From a virus (Duplodnaviria > Caudoviricetes), in IMG/VR virus record IMGVR_UViG_3300028802_000012, positions 2,244 through 66,243 of that record: DNA of 64,000 nt. The stretch is one strand, 5' to 3'. Position numbers and translations under genes: made by a program. Below the pieces are notes generated by a model. It was not told where the DNA came from and ran no database searches. It saw only the letters and a program-made list of their open reading frames with translations. This document shows positions 37,221 to 46,464 of this stretch, one piece after another. The stretch's first letter is position 1. Every line of letters starts with the position of its first letter.

Positions 37221-38271
37221 GTTTCGGCTCTTTCTTTTGACGCACAGACGCGCCCGTACTCGTCTTGCTGACGCGCCCATGATACGCACGGCGTTGTCGA
37301 TCGGGATTATCACGCTCGCGTATACGCGCCTTGATCAGGGTGTTCGCCTGCCGTAAACGGCGCGCCCGCTCGGCGAGAATTTTCGGATCCGGAATCCCCA
37401 TATTCGTGCGTGGAATCCAGTCCGGGTTGGGACACGCGACGTCAGGCTGACTGTGCAGGACGGCGCCTTCCAGGTAGTAGCCTCGACGCGTGGTCGCTTT
37501 GACCTCGGGCCGCCGGGCTCGAAGCCGCCGCAATTGTTTCAGGGCTCGGGCGTGGGGGATGCCGAGATAGTCCGCGATCTCTCCCACCGACACGTACCGT
37601 TCGTTGGCCCCGAGTTCGAGCAGCGTATCCAGATACTTCTGGTCGTGATTCGGCCGACCGATCGGACCCGTAGAAATCCGGGTCTGGATATGCTCGACGG
37701 CGTCTTGCAGGACGGCCTCGGCCTGCTCGATCTCGCCCTCCTCTAAAAACTTGAGGGCGGTCTGGACCGTGCTGCGAACTTCGACACGTGAGTAGCCCAC
37801 GGACGTCTCCTCCTGCAGTGCATTCCTGTCCTCCTCCTCGTCGCGTACACCCGACGGTACGCACGGTCGGCGAGCCAGCATCCGACTGCTGGTCGTTTGA
37901 GACCCGGCATAGATGAGGTTGTTCAGGTGATAGGCCTGAAATTTTTTGCGTATTCTATGGATCACGTTGTCCAGGTTCTTCCGCCGGCTCTGATACGGGA
38001 CCAGGTCGACGTTGTCCAGGTTCAGGATGGCCCGGCTCAGATCTTTCTCGTGGACCAGCCGGCCCAGATGACTGGCCAGAACCTGAAGCACCCGGGTCTC
38101 GATGGCGGAGAACCGCACGATCTGGCTGTCAATCCTGATCTCCGCCGAGTGCAGATCGATGGACAGCCGGTCCGTCTGGACCAGCTGCGGTGTCAGGTCA
38201 CGAACGGCTTCCTCATAGCCGGCTTGCCAGGCGAGCGCCAGGCGTGTTTCGCCATACGGTGCGCGTGCCAT
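37186..38271 (-). CDS. OmpR/PhoB-type winged-helix protein with a second HTH and no receiver domain
   Basis: LSIDLHSAEIRIDSQIVRFSAIETRVLQVLASHLGRLV...NVIHRIRKKF; later VGEIADYLGI...RRGYYL. Confidence 0.7.
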   Translation of the reverse strand: MARAPYGETRLALAWQAGYEEAVRDLTPQLVQTDRLSIDLHSAEIRIDSQIVRFSAIETRVLQVLASHLGRLVHEKDLSRAILNLDNVDLVPYQSRRKNLDNVIHRIRKKFQAYHLNNLIYAGSQTTSSRMLARRPCVPSGVRDEEEDRNALQEETSVGYSRVEVRSTVQTALKFLEEGEIEQAEAVLQDAVEHIQTRISTGPIGRPNHDQKYLDTLLELGANERYVSVGEIADYLGIPHARALKQLRRLRARRPEVKATTRRGYYLEGAVLHSQPDVACPNPDWIPRTNMGIPDPKILAERARRLRQANTLIKARIRERDNPDRQRRAYHGRVSKTSTGASVRQKKEPKHEQQRDSGTQP

Positions 38272-38471
38272 TAGCCGACGATAGCGGACGGCACTTCGAG
38301 CACCTCTTCGCTGTCGAAGTCGCGGTCGTCGGCTCCGAATGCCTGGAAATACACGAGGGTTCTCTCCGGCTTGCGACCTGCTGCCTCCAGACGGTTGATG
38401 GTCTGGACCCGATCCAGGTTGACGTAGACCTCGGTTCCATCGCAGCGCGTCAGGCGTTTGAACGTCGGCAT
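38271..38471 (-). CDS. Small FlbD-like protein
   Basis: FKRLTRCDGTEVYVNLDRVQTI. Confidence 0.55.
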   Translation of the reverse strand: MPTFKRLTRCDGTEVYVNLDRVQTINRLEAAGRKPERTLVYFQAFGADDRDFDSEEVLEVPSAIVG

Positions 38472-38707
38472 TACTCGATGTCCTCCAGATGTTGCCGGAT
38501 ATCGAGGAAATCGTTGAACGATTCGATGTAGGTCATCCCGTGTTCTCCGAAGTAGAGTCGGGTTCGTTCGGGCAGTCCTCGATCTCGATCCCAGGTGTTG
38601 GTCGGCGTGATCGGTGTGGCGTCCAGGCGTATGGCCATCTGGATGTGATCCAGATTGACAAGAACGGACTTCCCAGCGAGCGACGTGAAGGAGCGCAACG
38701 TGGCCAT
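38471..38707 (-). CDS. Small FlbD-like protein (paralog of the neighbouring gene)
   Basis: LRSFTSLAGKSVLVNLDHIQMA...PERTRLYF. Confidence 0.55.
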   Translation of the reverse strand: MATLRSFTSLAGKSVLVNLDHIQMAIRLDATPITPTNTWDRDRGLPERTRLYFGEHGMTYIESFNDFLDIRQHLEDIE

Positions 38708-38712
38708 GCTGG

Positions 38713-39018
38713 CTACTCCTGGTTCTTCAGGCTTGGTCGACAGGTCGTGCAGAGAAATCCGTAGGTGACTTTCCGCAGGATCTTTCCGGGAACTTTTCGT
38801 CCGCGACGAGATCGGGTGTAGTCTTTGCGCAGACCTTCAACGGTCTCGTCACACGGACGTGGCGACAGGTGGTACTTTGCCCAGATCGTCCCGTCGAGCA
38901 CGGCGGGAACACGATTCCACGCGTCGTCTGGAAACAGTTCGTGACACACCCAGCAGTGGTCGTACATGCCGGTTGGAACACTGCGTCGTTCGGGGTAGTG
39001 CAACTTGATGGCGGCCAT
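38713..39018 (-). CDS. Cys-motif hypothetical protein
   Basis: CWVC...CTTC; AGGAG RBS. Confidence 0.6.
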   Translation of the reverse strand: MAAIKLHYPERRSVPTGMYDHCWVCHELFPDDAWNRVPAVLDGTIWAKYHLSPRPCDETVEGLRKDYTRSRRGRKVPGKILRKVTYGFLCTTCRPSLKNQE

Positions 39019-39027
39019 CTGCGCTCC

Positions 39028-40446
39028 TTATTTGAGCATCGCCAGGGCGTCGGACCGGGTGAGTTGCCTGCTCATACCCGCTTTGCCTACCAATTTCTGG
39101 CGGACGTATTCGTCGACTGTGTTGCGCACGACCAGGTGCTCGATCTCCAGGTGATCGGCGGTCGTGGTGAGACGGTTGTTCCGTTCTTGCGACTGCATGA
39201 GCGCGTCCAAATCCCAGGTCAGGCTGTGATAGATCATCCGGGTAGCCCGGGTGAGGTTCAATCCATAGGCTCCCTTCGCCAGCTGGCTGATGTAGACGTT
39301 GGCCTCGCCCCGCATGAAGCGATCACGCGAGCCATCTCCTGCCTTCTTGAACGTGATGAACGGGATGCCTTCCTTGGCTAAGCTCCCTTCGATAATGGCC
39401 AGCTCTGGCGTCCACCAGTACCAGAGCACGGTCGGTTTGTCGGGATCTTCCAGAAGCAGCTCGATCATCTCGTCGGTTTTCTGGGAGCCGAAGAGCCTGA
39501 TCTCACCCTCGACGTTTCGCGCAAAGCCGGAGGCTATTTCTAGGAGCCTGGTCAGCCTGACAGAGTAGGTACTGGCCTCGGCTTTGAACTCCGCTTCGGT
39601 CAGGCTCTGGATCCAGACCCGGAGTTCTTCCCGCATCTGGCTATAGACCTCGGTCTGGAGCCCGCTCTTGAGATTGACCCGGCGGACGGACAGCGTCCGC
39701 AGCGGCATGGTCCTGACGTCGGACAGCTCCGCGTGAATCGCATGCGCATCGATGATCCGCTTGAGCTGCTGGATTCGATCGGGACGAATCCCAATGGCTG
39801 CCGTGCCGGTGTAGCCTCCGAGCACACAGTATTCGGTCTTGAAGGTCTGGATGTTCCTGGTCCCGAAGAGCCCCGGGACCAGGAAGTTCATGATGTACCA
39901 GACATCGGCGGGATTTCGGGGCATGATGTTGCCCGAGAAGACGTACCGGGACTTCGACCGCTGGCCGATGACCTGCAGGGTTCGCGTGCGCTGCGAGTAG
40001 TTCCTGAACCTGGACCCCTCGTCGATGAACGTCGCTGCCCACTGCCGCTTGCGCAACCCTTCGCGAATCTTCGGATACGACAGGCTCTCCGTCGAGAGCA
40101 GGTAGACCGTTTCGTGTTTGGTGATACCTCCACCCGTATTGGAGAGGTACTCTGCTCGCTTCTGGATACTGGTGGATCCGTCCATCACCAACACGTGCTT
40201 GAGGCGCCAGGCTCTCCCGAGCCACTGCTCGTACTCTTCGACCGTCTGTTCGATCAGGGAGTTCGGCACGACGTGCAGGATCGGCACGTCGCCAGCTCCG
40301 ACCAGGATGTCGATGGCTTCTATAGCTACCCGAGTCTTTCCTAACCCGGTGCCATGCCGCACCAGCAGGGCCTCGCGTTCGATGATCACGTCGATGGCCT
40401 GCCACTGGTGCGGCATAACATCCGGTATGGTGGGTGTGACAGTCAT
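39028..40446 (-). CDS. SNF2-like superfamily 2 helicase
   Basis: HQ...GTGLGKT, FIDEGS, SGNIMPRN, GAYGLNLT, QSQERNNR; AGGAGG RBS before ATG 40446. Confidence 0.9.
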   Translation of the reverse strand: MTVTPTIPDVMPHQWQAIDVIIEREALLVRHGTGLGKTRVAIEAIDILVGAGDVPILHVVPNSLIEQTVEEYEQWLGRAWRLKHVLVMDGSTSIQKRAEYLSNTGGGITKHETVYLLSTESLSYPKIREGLRKRQWAATFIDEGSRFRNYSQRTRTLQVIGQRSKSRYVFSGNIMPRNPADVWYIMNFLVPGLFGTRNIQTFKTEYCVLGGYTGTAAIGIRPDRIQQLKRIIDAHAIHAELSDVRTMPLRTLSVRRVNLKSGLQTEVYSQMREELRVWIQSLTEAEFKAEASTYSVRLTRLLEIASGFARNVEGEIRLFGSQKTDEMIELLLEDPDKPTVLWYWWTPELAIIEGSLAKEGIPFITFKKAGDGSRDRFMRGEANVYISQLAKGAYGLNLTRATRMIYHSLTWDLDALMQSQERNNRLTTTADHLEIEHLVVRNTVDEYVRQKLVGKAGMSRQLTRSDALAMLK

Positions 40447-41000
40447 GTCTCCTCCTTTCGTAGCGGCCAGGAGAGTCCGAAGTCTCGGCGCTTGATCTTC
40501 ACCATCCTTCCATCTTCGTGGTGCCAGACGATGCCTTCGATGGCGTTCGCTTCGAGGTAGGCGTGAATGCTGTCGAAACTTCTCGACGGCAGCGTCAGAA
40601 ACGCTCGGCCGTGAGGGACTAAGACGTGCGTCGTGAAGCCGTGTGGATTGCCCTGCACTTTTGGACCGCATAACTCGTACGTGCCATTCGTCTCATCGTG
40701 AAACGCCTCACGATGCCAGCGATCTTCGGGTCCACCGCCTACTGGCACCCATCCCTGTACCCGGCCAGTCACCGGGTCTGGTTCTCCGCTTTGCTCAAAT
40801 CCAAGAGGAGGTCGACGCCCGGGCTTGGCGTCGTAGCGCCTGTACAGCACCCCCTCTCGGACCATGCATGACGTACCGTCGTACTTGACCGTCGCTACGC
40901 CCTGACCTTCGAGCACCCACTCAGCACCGGGTACTATCTCGTCTCGCACGAGCCTGTCCGTCTCGTAGTTCCTCTGGAACAGACTGATGATCTTTTCCAT
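40443..41000 (-). CDS. RNA-ligase-like nucleotidyltransferase (DUF5565/RLIG1-like)
   Basis: KYDGT motif I, ELCGPKVQGNP, EGIVW, KIK. Confidence 0.7.
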   Translation of the reverse strand: MEKIISLFQRNYETDRLVRDEIVPGAEWVLEGQGVATVKYDGTSCMVREGVLYRRYDAKPGRRPPLGFEQSGEPDPVTGRVQGWVPVGGGPEDRWHREAFHDETNGTYELCGPKVQGNPHGFTTHVLVPHGRAFLTLPSRSFDSIHAYLEANAIEGIVWHHEDGRMVKIKRRDFGLSWPLRKEET

Positions 41001-41002
41001 GC

Positions 41003-41128
41003 TTACCTCCAATCTTTGGTCTGGTTGAGAATGATGACGACCAACACGAGGATCACCCCGACCCAGAAGGCGACGCCCAGGCACAGCAGCAAGAGCAGCC
41101 ACCAGAGGGTCGAGGTGACGTCAGGCAT
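41003..41128 (-). CDS. 41-aa membrane peptide
   Basis: MPDVTSTLWWLLLLLCLGVAFWVGVILVLVVIILNQTKDWR fills the intergenic gap. Confidence 0.55.
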   Translation of the reverse strand: MPDVTSTLWWLLLLLCLGVAFWVGVILVLVVIILNQTKDWR

Positions 41129-41135
41129 GGCCGTC

Positions 41136-41456
41136 TCAGTGAGTGGGACGGTACTCGGGCGGAGGAGTCTGGGGCTCCTCCCGCTTTGGGGTCACGTCGC
41201 GTCCGTCCAGGATCAGCTTGTCCCCGACATGCCGGATCTCGACGTTCATCGGATAGCGTCCTTCCCGGCGAGCCTGTTCCTCGTCCAGCTGAACTTCGCG
41301 GGACCGATCGCTATGCCCTCGGATATACCCTCGCCGGTAGATCTTGTAGAGCATCTCGGCCAGGGTCTCTTCGAGGATCTTGTCCATGCCTTCATGCTTG
41401 ACCCGGTTGTACTCGTCCTCGAAGGCCGCCTGGATTCTTTCGTTTTGTACTGACAT
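41136..41456 (-). CDS. Hypothetical protein
   Basis: GAGG RBS before ATG 41456. Confidence 0.6.
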   Translation of the reverse strand: MSVQNERIQAAFEDEYNRVKHEGMDKILEETLAEMLYKIYRRGYIRGHSDRSREVQLDEEQARREGRYPMNVEIRHVGDKLILDGRDVTPKREEPQTPPPEYRPTH

Positions 41457-41458
41457 CG

Positions 41459-41809
41459 TCAGTACCTCGGTCTTCGGAAGCAGGCCCACCTGGTACCTGT
41501 CAAGGCGTACGCTTCTTGCCGGGTCCATGTTGCGATGTCGAGCCACGGCATAGGCTCGCCGTGGCCGAGCATCCCACGATCAGCTACCCGGAAGGTTCCA
41601 AGCCCATCGATGTCGACCCAGCTTCCCATCTTCACATCCCAACTTGCTGCCACAATCGCTTCGCCGGTCCATATCGAGGTGCCGTCGTAGGTCTGGGCGT
41701 TACCCTCCGTTCGCACATAGGCTGTGTTTTTGGTCAAGCCACACCAGGGCGCTTCAGCAGGGGAGAACAGGCTGGTCAGGAGCAGGGCCGCACCGATGGC
41801 GGTCGTCAT
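41459..41809 (-). CDS. Exported 3D-domain (MltA-like) protein
   Basis: Signal-peptide-like N-terminus; TAY...IVAA...GSWVDIDGLG.FRVADRG...LDI. Confidence 0.7.
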   Translation of the reverse strand: MTTAIGAALLLTSLFSPAEAPWCGLTKNTAYVRTEGNAQTYDGTSIWTGEAIVAASWDVKMGSWVDIDGLGTFRVADRGMLGHGEPMPWLDIATWTRQEAYALTGTRWACFRRPRY

Positions 41810-41839
41810 ACGTGACGTCCTTTCAGTATTCCTTCGGTA

Positions 41840-42028
41840 TTACTCGGGCGTTGTGTCGATCTCTAGCTCAGCTTCGAGATCCACGTAGATACGCAAGGCT
41901 TCGCGAGCTGCGGTATCCGGGTCAGCGTGATAGACCTTGACCACGAGACCGGGAGGACCTTTTGCTCGGCTACTGATCTCCACGCTGGACAACGGGGTGT
42001 CGGTGGTGCTGACGGTGTGGTCGGACAT
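41840..42028 (-). CDS. Hypothetical protein
   Basis: 62-aa ORF co-oriented with its neighbours. Confidence 0.55.
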   Translation of the reverse strand: MSDHTVSTTDTPLSSVEISSRAKGPPGLVVKVYHADPDTAAREALRIYVDLEAELEIDTTPE

Positions 42029-42072
42029 GCTCTATACTTTCCTGGTACGGTGGATTCGCCTTCGGCGGGCAC

Positions 42073-42109
42073 CCGACGACCCCCGGTCGCACAGACTGGG
42101 GGTCGTCGG
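42073..42109 (-). terminator. Strong intergenic hairpin
   Basis: CCGACGACCCCC...GGGGGTCGTCGG. Confidence 0.55.
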
Positions 42110-42121
42110 TCGTTCAGGCGC

Positions 42122-42865
42122 TTACTTGGCGGCGGTCATGCGCTGGCGCATCGCAGCTCGGCGCCGTTCGCTGCTGGCCTGGCTCCGCTTCTCAGCGGCC
42201 GACGGCTGGGCGACAGGTGCCGGAGCCGGAGCTTCCTCCTCCTCCTCTTCTTCCTCGTCGTCGATGATGTCGTCGTCGATGTCCTCCTCTTCCGGCTCGC
42301 TATCGTAGACGATCTCAGCAGTATCCAGATCATCGTCGTCGAGTTCCGGGGGTGCAGCCTCCGCGACCGTCTCGGTCAGACCCTTCTTGGGCTGGCGCTT
42401 GCTCGGCGGCTTCGGGGTGATGGCGGCCCAGGTTCCACCGACGCCGCCACTGGCCGTCGGCATCGACCCGAAGGTGATCGCGTTGTCCCGCACCCAGATG
42501 TGCATGAGGATCGTCTTGTCCGAACCCGGCACCAGCTTCAGTCCCTTGGTGAAGGCGGCCAGCGGGTCGGTCATCTCGCCGGTGTGTATGAGGTACTGCC
42601 GCCAGGCGCAGAGTTCGTCCTCCGCCCCGCCGCCGAGGTTGTAGTGGGCGACGCCGTTACAGTGCGGGCAGCGCGGCTTCTCGGTCTTCTTGCCGCGCGG
42701 CATCCCTGCCCCTGAGCGAGAGACAACGGGCGCCGCCCCTTTGGTGACGGTGAAGCTACTCCCAGGGCAGTTGTGTCCATCCATCGTCTGCCCACACCCT
42801 GAGCAGAGCAGGTCGTGTAGCTCGATCTCTTCGCCCGAGTCGGCGTCCTTTGCGGTGGTCACCAT
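42122..42865 (-). CDS. Zn-finger and highly acidic hypothetical protein
   Basis: CSGC..HNC, CPHC; long D/E tract near the C-terminus. Confidence 0.6.
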   Translation of the reverse strand: MVTTAKDADSGEEIELHDLLCSGCGQTMDGHNCPGSSFTVTKGAAPVVSRSGAGMPRGKKTEKPRCPHCNGVAHYNLGGGAEDELCAWRQYLIHTGEMTDPLAAFTKGLKLVPGSDKTILMHIWVRDNAITFGSMPTASGGVGGTWAAITPKPPSKRQPKKGLTETVAEAAPPELDDDDLDTAEIVYDSEPEEEDIDDDIIDDEEEEEEEEAPAPAPVAQPSAAEKRSQASSERRRAAMRQRMTAAK

Positions 42866-42973
42866 AATCCTTTTGCTCCCGTCGAATTTCGTACGGCACA
42901 CGGAAAAAGCGGCCAGAAAATTTTTCTGGTTTTTCCTCCTGGCCGGAGGACTTTTGTCCCCCGGCATGATACC

Positions 42974-44521
42974 TTAGAGGCAGTAGCTGACCGGCTGCGC
43001 CCGGATCGGATCGGGCCACACCAACGTATGGTCCAGGGGTCCCCAGTGCGGGACGCTGAAGTCCCAGGCGTTCTTGCTGACACACGTCGCATAGAGCGTC
43101 ACGCGCTGGCGCTTCAACAACAGGTGCATGACCTTCAAGGTCGGCACTCGCAAGATCTCATGCTGCTTCATCATCCGGTTGCACTCGTCGACCAGCTTCC
43201 CGTGACTGCTCATCCATCCTCGCATTCGGTGATGCTCGGGTCTGGCGCCGTCGTGCAGTCCGCCGCAGACCAGACCGTCAGACAGCCACAACCTGGGCTT
43301 GGGCCAGGTGGCGAGCAGCTTCAGGGCTTCGAGATCGACCTCGTTGCCCTGGGAGGCATCAGACTCCTGCTTGCTGACGTGCTTGGCGAACCGCCCGTGC
43401 TTGGCCAGGATGCAGATCCGACCCGTCACCGGACCAGCACTCGTGTACTTGTGGACGCCGTTGTACCTGCCGATCCAGACCGCCGGCATCCGCGCGATGA
43501 CGGCTTCCATGTCCTCGTCGGTCCAGGCCATGGACCCGGAGCCGTCGATCATGATACCGCCTTCGGTCAGGACCCGCTGCGCAAAGACGGCTTTGTCCAG
43601 CATGTACCGATGGGCGAACGTAAACTTGACCCCGGCAAACACGGGGATCTCTTTGCGCGCGATCCGCATGCTGGGCCGCCTGATCGAGGCGGTATGATCG
43701 TGGATCTCATGGCTGCCTTCGAGGGCTGGCTCGCCGCCCGCGCCGGATTCTTCTTCCTCCTCGCGCTGGTCGCGTTCCTGCTCTTTGCGCTCCTCTTCGT
43801 CCTGTTTCTGCTGTTCTTCCGGCTTCGGCGGCGGTAACTCCTCGTCCGGTTCTTCCTCTTTGGGGGGAAAGTAGGCTGCCAGCTCAGCCGCCACCGAATT
43901 CCGCATCTGGTGGGTCGGATCCAGGTACATGCGCTGGCAGCCACGAACCAGAGCCGGCAGGATCTCGTCGTTGTAGTCCTCGACCACGGCCCAGCACTGG
44001 TCGAAGAACGCTTCCACGTCCTCAGCTACAGGTCGTGGTGGTGGGGCATCGGGGATGGCGCCCAGCCCTTTCGATCCCCAGACCGTCCAGGCCAGCTGCA
44101 GGACCCAGCCCAGCGCACGCCAGGGTTCGTCGGGGACCTTCATCGACGCCCAGTCCAGCACTTCGCGGGCCGAACGGATGTCCCGCTTGTACCAGTGCCA
44201 GCCGAGCCAGTCGACCCTGTTTTCCTCCAGCATCTTGAGCATCTTCATGCTCACGTCTTGTCGAACCGATTCACCGTTGGCGATAGCCCGCGCCATGGTG
44301 TCGGCCAGCTCAGCCCGCCAATCCCGGGGGCTATGCTTGACGTGGATCAGCTCGTGCAGCCGGGCCAGGATCTGGGCCTCGGTGTGCGGCTTCGGCACCC
44401 GGATCATACGATGGCGGGTGTCGACGGCTGACTCGCGAATATCGCACTGGTACTTCTGCCAGCGTCCAGCTTCTGGTTCGAGCAGCTCTGGCAGGATCAG
44501 GCCGCTAGTCCTACTCGGCAT
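42974..44521 (-). CDS. HExxH metallopeptidase-like + VWA-like protein
   Basis: HELIH; acidic linker; IDGSGSM MIDAS-like motif; LSDG. Confidence 0.7.
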   Translation of the reverse strand: MPSRTSGLILPELLEPEAGRWQKYQCDIRESAVDTRHRMIRVPKPHTEAQILARLHELIHVKHSPRDWRAELADTMARAIANGESVRQDVSMKMLKMLEENRVDWLGWHWYKRDIRSAREVLDWASMKVPDEPWRALGWVLQLAWTVWGSKGLGAIPDAPPPRPVAEDVEAFFDQCWAVVEDYNDEILPALVRGCQRMYLDPTHQMRNSVAAELAAYFPPKEEEPDEELPPPKPEEQQKQDEEERKEQERDQREEEEESGAGGEPALEGSHEIHDHTASIRRPSMRIARKEIPVFAGVKFTFAHRYMLDKAVFAQRVLTEGGIMIDGSGSMAWTDEDMEAVIARMPAVWIGRYNGVHKYTSAGPVTGRICILAKHGRFAKHVSKQESDASQGNEVDLEALKLLATWPKPRLWLSDGLVCGGLHDGARPEHHRMRGWMSSHGKLVDECNRMMKQHEILRVPTLKVMHLLLKRQRVTLYATCVSKNAWDFSVPHWGPLDHTLVWPDPIRAQPVSYCL

Positions 44522-45468
44522 TACTCGTCGTCCCAGCTTTCGTCGTCGTCGATGTCGTCGATGTTGTCGTTCAGGCCAGGGATCTCGTCTTCCTCAAGAG
44601 CGCCAGCATCGTTCAGGGTCGCCTGACGCGTGGTCGTGCGCGGCGTTGACGTACCCCGAGCATGGGTTCTGGCTTTCCTGGGGGGCGTGACCTCTTCGAT
44701 GGGATCGGTCAGCTGGATGACCTCGAAGAGGCTCTGGGCCAGGCCCTTGTTGCCATTGCAGGCACTGAGCACGGCCATTTCCAATGGCATGATCTTGCGC
44801 AGTTTCTGCAGGCCCACCAGCATCCGAAACGTCGTCTCGGGACCAGCCATCTCGTCCTCGACGACCTCCGCCGAGTAGTAATCACGGCAGATGTCACGCA
44901 GATCCGGCTCCAGAAGTTGGAGCTGTTCCTCCGACGGTTGCGTGACGATAAACCAGGCGTCAAAGCGATCGAGCAGCGCTGGTGACAGCCCACCCTGGTC
45001 AGGCCAGCCGTTCATCGTGGCCACGACCTGATAGCCCGGCTGCTGGACGAACGTCCGTCCCGCATACGAGATCGTCCCACCCGGCCCACGATCCAACGCC
45101 CCGTACAGGAACGTCTTCATCGGCCCCGACGCTTCGATGATCTCGTCGATCACCAGCAGGCCGCCCTGCGTATAGCACAGGTCGATCGGCCCCGGCATCC
45201 ACTGAAACCCGTTCTCGACCGGGACATACATGCCAAGCCACTCGGCGGGCGAGACCTCGCTGTGACTCTGGGTTTTGTGGGTCACCTTGGGGAGCTTCTT
45301 GTTCGGGCTCTGGGTCCGACAGAGCATCGCCCCGTAGGTCTTGCCGACCCCTGGCGGGCCAGCCAGCCCGACCTGGATGGTCGGATCGGCGAGCGCCTTC
45401 TTGATGTAGTCCCAGCTGGCACGCTCCACGACAATCGGAAGCGGTTCTTCGTGTTTCCTGGCAGCCAT
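44521..45468 (-). CDS. MoxR/CbbQ-family AAA+ ATPase
   Basis: GPPGVGKT, LVIDEI, ATMN, ALLDRF. Confidence 0.85.
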   Translation of the reverse strand: MAARKHEEPLPIVVERASWDYIKKALADPTIQVGLAGPPGVGKTYGAMLCRTQSPNKKLPKVTHKTQSHSEVSPAEWLGMYVPVENGFQWMPGPIDLCYTQGGLLVIDEIIEASGPMKTFLYGALDRGPGGTISYAGRTFVQQPGYQVVATMNGWPDQGGLSPALLDRFDAWFIVTQPSEEQLQLLEPDLRDICRDYYSAEVVEDEMAGPETTFRMLVGLQKLRKIMPLEMAVLSACNGNKGLAQSLFEVIQLTDPIEEVTPPRKARTHARGTSTPRTTTRQATLNDAGALEEDEIPGLNDNIDDIDDDESWDDE

Positions 45469-45471
45469 AAT

Positions 45472-45693
45472 TCAGGTGTCATCCTTGCTACGCGACCCCT
45501 CAGACGGTGGATCGAAGGGTCGGTGATAGAGCGAGGGACAGTCGGCCCCGCAGATTTCAACGTAGGCCGACCAGCCCTGGCGATGGAGTTCATTCCGTTC
45601 AGCCCGCGCCTCAGCAGGCGTGTGATACGTCCTGATCTCCTCGTCTTCGGTGATCATGACGTGGTAGTGGATGCCATCTTCAGGCAGCGTCAT
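45472..45693 (-). CDS. Hypothetical protein
   Basis: Small co-oriented ORF. Confidence 0.5.
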   Translation of the reverse strand: MTLPEDGIHYHVMITEDEEIRTYHTPAEARAERNELHRQGWSAYVEICGADCPSLYHRPFDPPSEGSRSKDDT

Positions 45694-45767
45694 CTCAGGG
45701 GCCTCGATCCATAGATTCCTCCTCGGAATGGGGACTGTAGCAGACAGAAAGAATTCTGTCCAGCATG

Positions 45768-46121
45768 CTACCGTTCGGTGGGTTCCCAGTCGTCATCGTC
45801 CAGAAGCTGATCGATAAACCGGGTGATCTGCTCCGATGCTGGTGCTCGACCAGACTGCAGCCAGCGATCAGCGACGATCGGCCGCAGGGTCAGGCAGGTC
45901 TGGCCGGTCTCCCGACTGACGACCCGAATGACGTTCTGGTGCGAGCGTGCGACGACCAGATAGGGCTGGTCGTGCTCGTGCTGGACGATGTACTGGTGGG
46001 CGATCTGCAACGCGATCCGGACCGCCGCATCTTCCCTGGAGTAGCGCCGGTCCAAGAGGACGTCGACCTGACCCGGCCCACTGTAGACCAGGCCCCATCC
46101 GGGGGAATCAGGAGATGACAT
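45768..46121 (-). CDS. Hypothetical protein
   Basis: Small co-oriented ORF. Confidence 0.55.
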   Translation of the reverse strand: MSSPDSPGWGLVYSGPGQVDVLLDRRYSREDAAVRIALQIAHQYIVQHEHDQPYLVVARSHQNVIRVVSRETGQTCLTLRPIVADRWLQSGRAPASEQITRFIDQLLDDDDWEPTER

Positions 46122-46362
46122 ACGGCCCCCGTGGGGCAGCGGCTATCGAGGCCGCTGCCAGGTCGGTAGGCACCCAGCCGAGCGATGCTGCACAGGCCAG
46201 GTGATAGCTGCCGCCCCCTTTCTCCCGGGCTATGACCAGCAACGTCGCCATGTCGATCCCGCGACGACAGTGCCAGCAGGGCAACACGTCGTCGTCGTTG
46301 ACAGCCAGCAGGCCGTCGAGCAGGACATCGTCGTCGATACTATCGTCGCTGTTGTGCGACAT
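46108..46362 (-). CDS. Hypothetical protein (CxxC...HxxC)
   Basis: AGGAGG RBS; CWHC, HLAC. Confidence 0.55.
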   Translation of the reverse strand: MSHNSDDSIDDDVLLDGLLAVNDDDVLPCWHCRRGIDMATLLVIAREKGGGSYHLACAASLGWVPTDLAAASIAAAPRGPYVIS

Positions 46363-46371
46363 ACACCCTCC

Positions 46372-46464
46372 TTATGGTGCGAATACGATGTACAGCAGGA
46401 CCAGCGTGGCCAGCAGCAGGATCAGCGCGATGAACTGCCACCAGGTATCCCGATACTCGTTCAT
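46372..46464 (-). CDS. 30-aa membrane peptide
   Basis: MNEYRDTWWQFIALILLLATLVLLYIVFAP; ATGA coupling with the upstream gene. Confidence 0.5.
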   Translation of the reverse strand: MNEYRDTWWQFIALILLLATLVLLYIVFAP

